A stretch of 64,000 nt of DNA from Octopus sinensis (GCF_006345805.1 NC_043024.1:14756001-14820000); one strand, 5' to 3'; counted from the stretch's first letter, positions 24,420 to 37,104 are shown. Numbers and translations: made by a program. Notes: generated by a model from the letters alone, not told the origin.

Positions 24420-25130
24420 ATTGAAGATACCGAAATGATCACCACCAGAATTAAACTGTCGACAGGAATATTCCAGAGTGGCAGCTTATTGACCTGGAAG
24501 TTTATCTATAAAATGTTTCATCATAGCAGTGAACACCTTGTCAGCCTGGTTAAGGAAATACAAAAGCTACATCATAGAACTTCGGATGAAAGAAAAATTA
24601 TTTTCACCTACAGCTTTTTTGGTGACTAACCTTAAGCTGTATTCAAGTACTCTTCATGATACCAAGAGACAGAACTGGTAACGACATTCTCATGGGACAT
24701 AAGAGAATGTTCATAACTGGTAATTAAACAAGAAAAGATTACTGATCAGGCACAATGATGAATACTAGAAATATGCTGAAACCGGTGGGAATATTGTATG
24801 TGTTGATGCTTGGAGTAAAGTGAAAGAGGAAGCTGTATGGAACAGGAAGCCAAAGTCCATGCACTGTTGTAGAGATTAGTGATACAACAGATGTGAATGC
24901 CTCATCAAGAATAAGTGAAAATGGGAAAATAACTATGGAGCTGTTATATCCAAGCTGTAGATTTTTTCATTTGTTCCTGTTATTATAGGTGAACTGGGCC
25001 ATGTAAGAACAGATTTGCAGAAAATCCTAGAAATGCTTGGGTTCTTGAAAGCAGAAAAGAAAAAAACTGATTCACATTTTTCCAAGTACAGCCAGAGTGA
25101 CAATAAAAATTTGTAAAACATTCCAGGAAT
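24420..25130 (+). mobile_element. Degenerate R4/Dong-like LINE (RT and RLE remnants)
   Basis: IKLSTGIFQSGSL (GIFQGDSL-like) and FVPVIIGELGHV; partial second copy at 26615-26670. Confidence 0.55.
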
Positions 25131-26719
25131 TCTCTATTTGAGGTTCTTGAGATGAACACTAGTTCACAAATACATTTACATATCACTCAAACACACACAC
25201 ACACATATATACACTCTAACCAATTCAGATAACCACAGTCAAGAGGTATCTTGACATAAGCAAAAGAGCCTTGCTACTTTGTTAGTAGTTAAATTCAGTT
25301 CTATAAAATAAAGGAGGAAAATCCTAAAGAAAAATATGAGGGTTTTGCACAGGCAACCCATCACCACCATCTTACCTTTTTCCCAGATACTCCCGTCTAC
25401 CCTCATATAAATGCAGGGTAGCCATGTATCTTCTCCCATAGAAAGACATCTTTAACACTCCCTGGTACAAAATTCCCTCTCTGCCTTCTTAAATACACCC
25501 CCATTTAGTCCAAGAGTGCTTTTCCCTTTCCCCTTTTTCCTCTTCTTGTCCTTTCCTATCCTGACAACCTCACTAGTGCTGGTGATACAGAAAAGAGTCA
25601 TCTGGGCTATAAAGGGCACCCAGCCATAGAAACCATGCCAAAGGTGACATGGAGCACAATGTAGGCCTGTGACTCACCAGATCTTTTCAAACTATCCAGC
25701 CCTTGCTAGCATAAAAAGCAGGCTTTAAATTTTGAGGAAGGGTAGGCATATGCATTTTCATATGTACTTACTTACATACATATATACAAACAAACATGAG
25801 TACCTACTTATCTATGTATATGCACATGTACATATGTATATAGATACATATACACCCAGTTAATGTCAAAATAAAGCTAAAAACCAGAAAATAAAAGAAC
25901 ATCTACACTGATCTGTTGAGAAATTTATAGCTATTCCATCCTGATCACAAGCTCAGATTTATACACATAATTATTAGGAAACTAAGATATGCAACCAATT
26001 GCCTCAGCTCCAATTTTGAGAAATTAAGATTCTTAAAACCAGAAAGCAGAAAGCTAATTAAAATAATATAGATGCAAGCCATCAATGGAACTGTCAAAAT
26101 ATGTGAAACTTTACAAAAATTTAGCATATAAGTATTTATGCATGTAATGTCTATGCACGAGTATATACACATAAAACAAAGCATACAGAACTGCATGTGC
26201 ACCGACTCTGAATACTTGCACACATACACAGATACATGCACAACTACCCTGTTGATGTTGAAATTTCAATGAAGGAGCAAGCCTTGGGTCTAGGTTAGAA
26301 ACTAGCTCTTTCTCCATCAGCAAGATATCTAGGTAATAAAACTAAGTAACATGCATGCATTCACATATGCACACGTTTATGCATACACACACACATATTA
26401 ACATGTATACATTCATCTGTCCGTAATTATATATACATACATACAGCTACCATTGGAAGGTTTACAAAGTCCTGGACTGGAACTAGAAGTGGATTGCCTC
26501 CCATAGAATAAGTATTTCAGAAGGGCTATTCCAAGGGACAGTCTATCTATGCATCTGTTTATTTTAGCCCGAGATCAACTGTCATTACTTTTATCATAAA
26601 ATCAACTAGTAATGTGCTGACCAGGCACAATGATGAATACTAGAAATATGCTGAAACCGGTGGAAGGAGACACTAATCAAATCGTAAATTCATCTAAATA
26701 CTTTAACTCAAAATATTTA

Positions 26720-26926
26720 ACAATTGCAGCGTGGAAGGTGTTTATAAGCCATTTAAGAAACACAAATTTAATTTGTCAAAATATTTTCGTCGCTTTGAGA
26801 CCGCGACCTGTTCACTGACAAAACTTTGTGCTGCATCTCTTAAATGGTTTATAAACACCTTCCACGCTGCAATTGTTTTCGTTCCAGCACACGATCTCAG
26901 ATCAGATCACATGCTATGCAAGTATA
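26720..26926. mobile_element. Penelope/retrozyme-like short element (inverted 5' part with HHR, direct 3' part)
   Basis: 12-bp TSD tcaaaatattta (26708-26719, 26927-26938); 40-bp internal inverted repeat; same family as 48404-48920. Confidence 0.6.
26772..26822 (-). ncRNA. Type I hammerhead motif, G3-C8 core variant (GUGAACA)
   Basis: Minus strand: TTTGTCA GTGAACA G GTCGC ggtctcaaa GCGAC GAA AATATT T TGACAAA. Confidence 0.7.
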
Positions 26927-27448
26927 TCAAAATATTTACATTGCCGAGAAACAGCTGAGTTAGGGCAACAATTATTTTCTGCTGATACAGGGATAGGACA
27001 CACAACAAAGACTTGGAAACCCAAAACTCTGAAGCCACCTTTTAGACTCATAACCATTACATCATGTTGTATTGCAGAGGTGATGCCTTTGTAATCCAAG
27101 GGCAGAAGATAACTCTTGAATATCTAATGAACAAGACACAGTTCCAGCCTTTTAGCCACAAACACGTAACCAAAAATGTCAATTATGTCTTTCTTCTGTG
27201 GAAGACATTACCCATGGGATCAGCTGTGACCCAAAAATATCATCAGGGTACTTTTTCCCATTGTAACATGGTGTTGTTGATAAATCAATTTACAAAGCGT
27301 CTTATAGGAAAGACTTGCCCTGAGATAAATGCAGAAATGCCTCTCTTAGGGGATACATACATACACACACATACATATATACTTACATACACACACACAT
27401 ACATACATACAAATACATACATACATACATACACACATACATACATAC

Positions 27449-27479
<31 letters not shown>

Positions 27480-27814
27480 CATACATACATACATACTTAC
27501 ATACATACACATACAACATACACACACACACGCACACACAGACGCACACACACACACATGGAATATTGCTGGAACATTCCCATCAAAACTTCAGCAAAGT
27601 GCAATAAAAAAAGTCTGATGTAGTAATTTGGGACAAGACAGAGAAATCATTTTACAGTCATGGATGTTAGTTGTTGTCCTGCAACGACCATCTCTTCCAA
27701 AGTCAACAAAAAGAAGAATATTTACGACAACATTTGCTTCAAACCTGCAGCTTCTCTGCTCTGATTATAAATTCACATTTATATCAATACATATTGGTTT
27801 GTTTGTTCCTTCTC

Positions 27815-28090
27815 GAGCCACACCTGGCTCATAAGGGCTGGTTTCCTTGGCGTATAGGTTCCCCACCTGGACGGGACGCCGGTCCGTCACAGGTGAGCTG
27901 CAAGATGCAGGAGGAAAGAGTGAGAGAAAGTTGGGGAGAAAGAGTCAGTAGAAGTTCGCCATTACCTTCTGCTGGAGCCGTGGGGGAGCTTAGTTATTTC
28001 ACTCATAAACACACACATCGCCCGGTCTGAGATTCGAACCTGCAATCCCTCGACCACCTGCTCTAACCACTAGGCCATGTACCTCCACTA
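27815..28090 (-). mobile_element. SINE family C-related, tail type 3
   Basis: Matches 44555-44822. Confidence 0.75.
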
Positions 28091-28416
28091 TACATATTGG
28101 TGCACTTTGTTATGTTATTTAATTTTTAAGTAACAATATGGAAAAGCTAGTTTTCAAGCAAAGAAAGCAACCAGCTAACACACTTTACAGATGAAATCTG
28201 TAAGCAGAATAGTATAAATATACAAGACTTTTCCAAAGTTTAACATGTAAAGCTTATTGTTTGCTATCCAAATTGAGCTTTGTTTCTTTGTTAGAAACTA
28301 GCTCTTCGCTCATAAGAAGAATTCAAATAATTTTTTTAAAAAACAATGATCCATATATACATGCATATATACATGCATATATATATATACTTATGTGTTC
28401 TTTTCTTTGCTTTCAG

Positions 28417-28588
28417 ATTGTTACTTGACTGCATCTGCAATTGAAAAACATGCAGGCTTCAGACCAGGAGAAACGTTGGGCTACATTGAAAAAGATGGTA
28501 TTAAAGGAGTTAGTCACAAAGATGAAATTGTTATGTTAGGTGATGCTATTGAAAATAAAGTTGTTTTCACCTCAGCCTGTAATAACTG
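28417..28588 (+). CDS. Exon: (D)CYLTASAIEK...VFTSACNN(C), first part of a VWC/TILa-like module
   Basis: Acceptor ttttctttgctttcag, donor TG|gtaaga; 172 nt; phase 1-2. Confidence 0.85.
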
Positions 28589-28707
28589 GTAAGAATTTAC
28601 AAAAATGCGCATTGAAATACATTGAAATATTTCTCCTTTTCTATTGACATGCAATTCTCATATAGTTATTGTCATAGTTTGCAACATCCCTAGTCTCTGC
28701 TCAAGTA

Positions 28708-28926
28708 TACTCTTTTCTCTTTTACTCTTTTACTTGTTTCAGTCATTTGACTGCGGCCATGCTGGAGCACCACCTTTAGTCGAGCAAATCGACCCCGGGA
28801 CTTATTCTTTGTAAGCCCAGTACTTATTCTATCGGTCTCTTTTTGCCAAACTGCTAAGTGACAGGGACGTAAACACACCAGCATCGGTTGTCAAGCAATG
28901 CTAGGGGGACAAACACACATACACAA

Positions 28927-28961
<35 letters not shown>

Positions 28962-29133
28962 CATATATACGATGGGCTTCTTTCAGTTTCCGTCTACCAA
29001 ATCCACTCACAAGGCATTGGTTGGCCCGGGGCTATAGCAGAAAACACTTGCCCAAGATGCCACGCAGTAGGACTGAACCCGGAACCATGTGGTTGGTTAG
29101 CAAGCTACTTACCACACAGCCACTCCTGCGCCT
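28708..29133 (-). mobile_element. SINE family A
   Basis: Full-length match. Confidence 0.85.
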
Positions 29134-29199
29134 ATGGCTCTAATATAAAATGTATGCCTATGGCTCTAATATAAAATCTGACTGACCTATTTCCTCATA

Positions 29200-29730
29200 C
29201 TCTTTTACTCTTTACTTTGTGGCCATGTCGGAGCAACGCCTTTAGTCAAGCAAATCGACCCCAGGATTTATTCTTTGTAAACCTAGTACTTATTTTATTG
29301 GTATCTTTTGCTGAACCATTAAGTTACGGGGACGTAAACACACCAGCATCGGTTGTCAAGCGATGTTGGGGAGACAAACACAGACACACAAACACACACA
29401 TATATATATATATATATCACCGTGATCACCGTGACCGACCACGCTATCAGATGTTGCTACACATCGCTGATCACAATGCGCTTGGCATTGTTTTAGCCTT
29501 CAAATGACGCCACCCCGCTGGCTAAGCGAGCAGGCCAACAGAAGAAAGAGGGAGAGAAAGTTGTGGCGAAAGAGTACAACAGGGATTGCCACCACCCCCT
29601 GCCGGAGCCTCGTGGAGCTTTAGGTGTTTTTCACTCAATAAACACTCACAACGCCCCGGTCTGGGAATTGAAACCGTGATCCTACGACCATGAGTCCGCT
29701 GCCCTAACCACTGGGCCATTGCACCTCCAT

Positions 29731-29761
<31 letters not shown>

Positions 29762-29990
29762 CATATATACAACGAGCTTCTTTCAGTTTCCATCTACCAA
29801 ATCCACTCACAAGGCTTTGGTTGGCCTGAGGCTATAGTAGAAGACACTTGCTCAAGGTGCCACGCAGTGGGACTGAACCCGGAACCATGTGGCACCTTGG
29901 GCAAGTGTCTTCTACTATAGCCTCAGGCCGACCAAAGCCTTGTGAGTGGATTTGGAAGATGGAAACTGAAAGAAGCCCGTCATATATGTG

Positions 29991-30034
<44 letters not shown>

Positions 30035-30240
30035 TATGTGTCTGTGTTTGTCCCCCCAACATCGCTTAACAACTGATGCTGGTTTTTTACATCCCTGTAA
30101 CTTAGCAGTTCGGCAAAAGAGACCGATAGAATAAGTACAAGGCTTACAAAGAATAAGTCCTGGGGTCGATTTGCTCGACTAAAGGCGGTGCTCCAGCATG
30201 GCCGCAGTCAAATGACTGAAACAAGTAAAAGAGTAAAGAG
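29200..30240. mobile_element. Nested SINE cluster: family A halves in both orientations with a family C copy (29416-29728) inside the TA tract
   Basis: Orientation switch at ggaaccatgtgg|caccttgggc near 29890. Confidence 0.75.
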
Positions 30241-30544
30241 AATGGTACATGGTTGACAGATGGGCATCAATAACTAAAACAGCAACTCAGTGTCAGCTTT
30301 GAGTAAATATGAAGGGAGTTCTGTAGGCTCACTATGAAAGTTGGGTGTTTGAAATATAATTTAAACCTTTGGCAATTAAACCAGCCCTAATATTCTACCT
30401 GTTTTATGTTCAAAACTCACATCTACCCAACAGTGTTATTCTAAAAATATTCGATCACAACATTGAAATCTCAAAGCTACAAGATCATGCATAAATAATT
30501 TAAAAAATTGTGAATAAATATTATAAATTTTCAAATATAATCCA

Positions 30545-31000
30545 CATTTTTTCCCCGGCTAAAAATGAAAAATATTTTCTAAGCAATGTTCGAGTCTCTA
30601 TTTGCTGTCTGGCAATGTTTATTCAGATGCATTTTGTGATGTCGGGAGCGAAAATACCTTAAGCTAAACCTGAAAGCAATGAAGTCATAAAAGAATCATC
30701 CATAACTTGCAGTAAACAACATTTATTAAAATAAAAGTATTCAGAACACAGAATGACATGTAACAAAAACAATTTGCAAACATATTTACATTCCCATATA
30801 ACAGTTAAGAACATCACCATTATTGTATTACGCATGTTTGAAAGGGTTTGTTCGACTAGGTGCTGCTGGCTTAATTACACACGGCTCAAGTTAGAGAAGG
30901 GGTGCGTATTATACACAAGGTTTAAGTTTTTCAGAAGTACTGCACCCTAAAAATCCCTGCGTATTGTACTTAAGGGTGGACTATACTCGAGGATTTACGG
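30545..31000. mobile_element. Truncated copy of the same pogo-like element
   Basis: Internal match to 51920-52240; right TIR gactatactcgaggatttacgg followed by TA. Confidence 0.75.
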
Positions 31001-31396
31001 TATGCATTACATTTGACAGAGTAATTTGGATACTTTCAACTAAATATACAGATTGGTTCATGACTGATGGCTCAGCATTTATAACACGGTGTAACAAAAT
31101 TTTCATTTTAATTTTTTGTCTTTCGTCAGTAAGTGTTATTTCCCATTTGCTTCTATCTAGAAATCAAAGAAAATCATTACTATTCCCTTCAAGGCTATTT
31201 GCAAGGCTGGCTTTGCAGCATTTTTGGAGTAGGGATAAAAAACCCAGCTAATCAAGGGGTTATGCTTTTGTCAAGACTACCTATTAAGATGTCCTGTTAT
31301 ATTAAGATTATACGCATTACATTGTTGGAGGTCTGGAGAGATTAAGTGATGGAACAGTTAATTTGTTGTTTTGTATTAGTGGTATTTGTGAGTGGT

Positions 31397-31808
31397 GGCG
31401 AGCTGGCAGAATCGTTAGCACGCTGGGCGAAATGCTTAGTGGTATTTCGTCTGCCGTTACATTCTGAGTTCAAATTCCGCCGAGGTCAACTATGTCTTTC
31501 ATCCTTTCGGGGTCGATTAAATAAGTACCAGTTATGCACTGGGGTCGATATAATCGACTTAATCTGTTTGTCTGTCCTTGTTTGTCCTCTCTGTGTTTAG
31601 CCCCCTGTGGGTAGTAAAGAAATAGGTATTTCGTCTGCCGTTAGGTTCTGAGTTCAAATTCCGCTGAGGTCGACTTTGTCTTTCATCCTTTCGGGGTTGA
31701 TAAATTAAGCACCAGTCATGCACTGGGGTCGATGTAATCGACTTAATCCGTTTGTCTGTCCTTGTTTGTCCTCTCTGTGTTTAGTCCCTTGTGGGTAGTA
31801 AAGAAATA
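31397..31808 (+). mobile_element. SINE family B with tandem second body
   Basis: 16-bp TSD ggtatttgtgagtggt. Confidence 0.85.
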
Positions 31809-32509
31809 GGTATTTGTGAGTGGTCTGAGAAGATGCAGCTTATATCTGAGTCTAAACAAAAGGAAAATTAGTAGTAGTTTGTACTATTTACTCATGTTTA
31901 TAAAGAAAAATAAGTCAGAATGTGTGAAAATTTTAAATAAATATTCATAATAGTGATGGTAATTTCTGAATCCTCTGAGGTAGTCCGACCCCTGCCAGAA
32001 TGGGAAATGGATATTAAAAGATGAAGTATGAAAGAAAAAATTACAAGCTTTAAAATTTATGGATTTCCAAGTCATTCTTGTAAAGTGAAGCAAAGTTTGC
32101 TGAGAATTTACTGTAATGCCAAAAGGGAATTGTTCAAAGCTAATGTTTGGTTGGGGCAGTTGTTATTTTTCATGTTTCTTTACATTCTAAAATAAAATAC
32201 AAAGGTTAACTTTCATTTAAAGAAAGCCTGAACAATTGTATCATGTTATTGCTAGAATTAAGCCACAAAAGTATCAAATGAATTACTGGTATGCTGTGTT
32301 TATGCCATGTTTATAAAAATAATTCCTAACATTGGTTACAAGGCCACAGATTTGTAAAAGACAAATAAAACCCATTACATTGTAACTTGGACATGCCAGG
32401 TATTTACTATATTGACACCAAAAGATTAAAATGCAAACTCAATCAAAGCAGGATTTACATTCAAAATAAAGAGCAACAAAACTAAATAAAATAGTAAACG
32501 TCACCCTTT

Positions 32510-32805
32510 TCAAGCCTAGCCAGGCTCATGGACCCAGTTTCCCGGTTTCTGTGACATATTTGTCCCCCCCCCCCAGCTGAATGGGATGCCAGCCCATCAC
32601 AGCGTTATTCAAGAAACAGGAAGAAAGAGTGAGAGAAAGTTGGTGTGAAAGAGTACAACAGGGGTCTCCACCATCCCCTGCTGAAGCCTCGTGGAGCTTT
32701 TAGGTGTTTTCGCTCAATAAACACACAACGCCCGGTCTGGGAATCGAAACTGTGATCCTCCGACTGCGAGTCCACTGCCCTAACCACTGGGCCATTGCGC
32801 CTCCT
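32510..32805 (-). mobile_element. SINE family C, tail type 3 variant
   Basis: Family C head and body; tail with gaaaccgggaaactgggtccatgagcc. Confidence 0.75.
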
Positions 32806-33004
32806 TTGATGCAGTTTTAGCCATGTTTTTAACAAGTGATATATGCAATTGAACTGATTCCAATCAAGGCTAAGTTATCAGTCAATTCAGGACATTGAAG
32901 AATGGAACTTTTTTTAAATCACTTTACTTCTAAAATTTCCTTATTACCATGATGATAATGATGATGTTGATGATGTTGAAACTGCAATCTTCTCAGATGA
33001 AGAA

Positions 33005-33150
33005 GTGTAAAAACTACACGAATATAAGGACCTCGAAATTGAAATATTCAAGATGTGAAGCATGAGGGTGAAAGCAATACCATGAGTAACTGGAACATCA
33101 GACGTGATTTTAAAAAATATCAATAACAATGTAGAAACCATACCAAGGCT
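33005..33150 (+). mobile_element. R4/Dong-like LINE RLE C-terminal fragment
   Basis: KLHEYKDLEIEIFKM*SMRVKAIP*VTG, running directly into the 33116 satellite. Confidence 0.65.
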
Positions 33151-33833
33151 CAATGTACCAAGGCTCAACCATACCAAGGCTCAAAATCAATAACAATGTA
33201 GAAACCATACCAAGGTTCAATGTACCAAGGCTCAGCCATACCAAGACTCAACCATGCCAAGGCTCAAAATCAATAACAATGTAGAAATCATACCAAGGTT
33301 CAATGTACCAAGGCTCAACCATACCAAGACTCAACCATACCAAGGTTCAATGTACCAAGGCTCAACCATACCAAGACTCAACCATACCAAGGCTCAATGT
33401 ACCAAGGCTCAACCATACCAAGACTCAACCATACCAAGACTCAACCATACCAAGACTCAACCATACCAAGGCTCAATATCAATAACAATGTAGAAACCAT
33501 ACCAAGGCTCAATGTACCAAGGCTCAACCACACCAAGACTGAACTATACCAAGGCTCAATGTACCAAGGCTCAACCATACCAAGACTCAACCATACCAAG
33601 GCTCAATATCAATAACAATGTAGAAACCATACCAAGGCTCAATGTACCAAGGCTCAACCACACCAAGACTCAACCATACCAAGGCTCAATATCAATAACA
33701 ATGTAGAAACCATACCAAGGCTCAATGTACCAAGGCTCAATCATACCAAGACTCAACCATACCAAGACTCAACCATACCAAGACTCAACCATACCAAGGC
33801 TCAATATCAATAACAATGTAGAAACCATACCAA
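33116..33833. repeat. Composite minisatellite of 36-, 15- and 16-bp subunits
   Basis: aatatcaataacaatgtagaaaccataccaaggctc / aatgtaccaaggctc / aaccataccaagactc. Confidence 0.95.
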
Positions 33834-34284
33834 AGGGCGGCAAGTTGGCAGAAACGTTAGTGCACCAGGCAAACTGCTTAGTGGTATTTCGTCTGCCATT
33901 ACGTTCTGAGTTCAAATTTCACCGAAGTCAACTTTTCCTTTCATCCTTTCGGTATCGATTAAATAAATACCAGTTACGCACTGGAGTCAATATAATTGAC
34001 CTAATCCATTTGCCTGTCCTTATTTGTCCCCCTCTATGTTTAGCCCCTTGTGGGTAGTAAAGAAAGAAGAAACGTTAGCATGCCAGGCAAACTGCTTACC
34101 GGTATTTCGTCTGCCGCTATGTTCTGAGTTCAAATTCCGCCGAGGTCAACTTTGCCTTTCATCCTTTCGGAGTTGATTAAATAAGTACCAGTTATGCACT
34201 GGGGTCGATATAATCGACTTAATCCATTTGTCTGTCCTTGTTTGCTCCCTCTGTGTGTAGCCCCTTGTGGGCAGTAAAGAAATA
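33834..34284 (+). mobile_element. SINE family B dimer inserted at the end of the composite satellite
   Basis: 14-bp TSD agaaaccataccaa (33820-33833, 34285-34298). Confidence 0.85.
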
Positions 34285-34608
34285 AGAAACCATACCAAGG
34301 CTCACAACACTTTGCACTTCACCATTTGCACATAAAACAATAGAAAATTGCATGAAACTACAGAAAAATAATAGTCCCTTCTACTATAGGTAAAGGTCCA
34401 AATCTGTAGAGAGGCTGCTAGTCAATGACACTAACCCCAGTACTTTACTGGTACTTATTTCATTGACTCCAAAAGAATGAAAGGCAAAGGTGACTTTGAC
34501 ACCATTTGAACTCAAAAGATAAAAAACTGGAACAAACACCAGAAGAAATAATAATAATAATCTTTACTACTATAGGCACAAGGCCTGAAATTTTGGGGGA
34601 GGGATTAA

Positions 34609-34828
34609 CCCTTTCATTACCAACCCAGCTGAAACCTCCTCTGGCTCTGAGTACAAATGTCTTGTTTTCATAAGTATTGAATTAAATTCTTCAACCAAAC
34701 CTTTGTCACAATTTATGTTCCTAACACTAGCTGAATGATAACTAAGCTATTTTACTAAATTCTGTGTTAAATTTAAAGTAATTGGAAGAAACACAGAGCA
34801 TCTCAAAATAAATGCAGTAACAAAAGGG
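34609..34828. mobile_element. piggyBac-like MITE (220 bp)
   Basis: TTAA|CCCTTT...AAAGGG|TTAA; inverted relative to the 60321 copies. Confidence 0.8.
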
Positions 34829-34846
34829 TTAAGTTAATTACATCAG

Positions 34847-35232
34847 GTGGAAGCACTCCGTCAGATACGACGACGAGGGTTCCAGTTGATCCGAATCAAC
34901 GGAACAGCCTGCTCGTGAAATTAACGTGTAAGTGGCTGGGCACTCCACAGACACGCGTACCCTTAACGTAGTTCTCGGGGATATTCAGCGTGATACAGAG
35001 AGTGACAAGGCCGGCCCTTTGAAATACAGGTACAACAGAAGCAGGAAGTAAGAGTGAGAGAAAGTTGTGGTGAAAGAGTACAGCAGGGATCACCACCATC
35101 CCCTGCCGGAGCCTCGTGGAGCTTTAGGTGTTTTCACTCAATAAACACTCACAACGCCCGGTCTGGGAATCGAAACCGCGATCCTATGACTGCGAGTCCG
35201 CTGCCCTAACCACTGGGCCATTGCGCCTCCAC
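34847..35232 (-). mobile_element. SINE family C, tail type 1
   Basis: Match to 3144-3533; approximate TSD taatt(t)acatca. Confidence 0.85.
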
Positions 35233-35570
35233 TAATTACATCAACCACAATATTCAATTGGTACTTAATTTATCAACCCTGAATGGATGAAAGGCAAAGT
35301 CTACCTCACGGAATTTGAACATAGTACATAGAGATGGAGAAAATACTGCTAAGCATTTCGCCTGGTGTGGTAACAATTCTGCCATCTTGCCGCTTTGGTA
35401 ATAATAATAACATTGATGGTGACGATTATAGTGATGAGGAGAAGAAGAAGAAGAGCAGCAAAATTGACAACAGTTTCTTTAGATGTATTTTTGTAGTTGT
35501 TATATTTTGAAATATATTGTTTTTGTTTGTGTTTGTATTTTCTCAAGCTTTCTTAAATATTTTCTTTTAG

Positions 35571-35617
35571 TACTTGTATTAGCAGAGAATTAATCTGTAC
35601 CCAAGAAGTTTGTGATG
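35571..35617 (+). CDS. 47-nt microexon: (C)TCISRELICTQEVCD(G)
   Basis: Acceptor tttcttttag, donor G|gtgagt; completes CNNCTC; phase 2-1; not in ORF track. Confidence 0.85.
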
Positions 35618-35847
35618 GTGAGTATGAAAAACTAAACTCTACTAAACTTCAGCAGTAAATATACAGTAAATCTGGATATTAATAGTTATCGCCAAGCTAA
35701 TATGGCAATCCAGAAATATAGGATGAATGCTGCCGTTGATTAGCTACAAGGGGCCATCGCCTCTAGCTAGCTATGTGACACACGAACCTGTGTCCATTAT
35801 AACCTTCGAACAGAGGAGGTCAGCTGCTTCCCCTTGCTTGTCAGGCA

Positions 35848-35890
35848 TCTGCAGACATGTTTCAGGGTATTTGCCCCTTATCAATGCAGA
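35848..35890 (-). ncRNA. Minimal type I hammerhead motif, U3-A8 core variant (UUGAUAA), GUC site
   Basis: Minus strand: TCTGCA TTGATAA GGGG caaata CCCT GAA ACATGT C TGCAGA. Confidence 0.75.
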
Positions 35891-35907
35891 GCAACCCAGC
35901 ATCAACA

Positions 35908-35944
35908 GCATTGATAATGGGCAAATAGCCTGAAACTAGTCTGT
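35908..35944 (+). ncRNA. Minimal type I hammerhead motif, U3-A8 core, short stem I
   Basis: GCA TTGATAA T GGGC aaata GCCT GAA ACTAGT C TGT; stem I only about 3 bp. Confidence 0.55.
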
Positions 35945-36726
35945 AGATGCCTGACCAGCAAGGGGAAGCAGCTGACCTCCCCTGTTCGAAGGTTATAATG
36001 GACATAGGTTCATGTGTCACATAGCTAGCTAGAGACGATGACCTCTTGGAGCTAATCAACGGCAGCATTCATCCTATATTTCTGGACTGCCATATTAGCT
36101 CAGCAATAGCTATTAATATCCAGTCCCGCTGTTGTTGTCTCCTTTAGAGAGACTTAGAAATATTAATATTTCTACTAGTTCATAGTATTTTGCTTTTATT
36201 ACCCCTTCTAAACTGTAGAGTCATGCTAGTCTTGTTTCCTTCCACAGAACAAAGACATATCAAGAAAACACAACAGGTCCCAATCCTAAACACAAACAGC
36301 ATGCCATAAGAACACTCAAGAGACTCCAAATGCTAGGTCTTGCCATTACTGAAGATTTCTACCAGCAAGTCATTAACATAGAAAGAAAACTGCTTCAAAA
36401 AACATTTTTCTTTGAAGCAGGAAAATTCTTCAACCCCCAATAACTACAAAGCTCAGGGGAAATCCTGCTACTTTAAGACAGCACTGCTGCTACTGTTGTT
36501 GTTGTTGTTGTTAAGCAACAAGATTGGTAATGGTGATTAAGTAATGGTCTAGGGCTTAGGAGCGGGAGACCCCAGACCTTGGAAAAAAAAACTTTGGTCG
36601 TCTTGTTGTCAAGGACTCTTCGTTGACACCCAACACCACTGGGAGGTGGCCCTCGAAGTCGCTGGAAATGGAGATCTCCTGGTCTAAATTCTTGAACGGC
36701 TGCTGCTGTTGCTGCTGCTGCTACAC

Positions 36727-36960
36727 CAGTGGTTCTTAACCATTTTTTGGCTATGGATCCCTTTGATTCCTGTATTACTCTACAAGATCCTAATAAACAG
36801 TTGATGTTTAAAAAAGTTCCATTATATCTTAATAATTAAATATTATTAGGAATTGTATGAAAAAAATTAAGATATATTGTATATTGTTGAAATAAAACTA
36901 ATTTATGGTACATAAATTTTAACAGCAAAATCTTATGTGGACCCTTGTTGAGAACCACTC
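36727..36960. mobile_element. hAT (Charlie-like) MITE, 234 bp
   Basis: TIR cagtggttcttaac / gttgagaaccactc; exact 8-bp TSD tgctacac. Confidence 0.85.
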
Positions 36961-37104
36961 TGCTACACTCACAGACATCCGAGGCTGTTCAGAGAAATGC
37001 TATGCCATTGACTGACTTGAATTCCCTCCCACACACTCCAACCTCTGCCCCGCACACTGGCTGTCTTTTCTACCACAACTACTGTGGCTTTTATTTCCCA
37101 AAGT

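Larger units (their letters stand above)
35672..36175. mobile_element. Penelope/retrozyme-like foldback element with U3-A8 HHRs
   Basis: Arms of about 220 bp forming a 452-bp palindrome (35672-36123); shares sequence with 2577-2826. Confidence 0.6.

Noticed and set aside
27064-27618. 184-aa ORF
   Set aside because: About half is (ACAT)n/(CA)n; no domain or convincing splice sites.
33254-34057. Repetitive ORFs (TIPRLNHTK...)
   Set aside because: They arise from the 15/16/36-bp satellite and run into a SINE.
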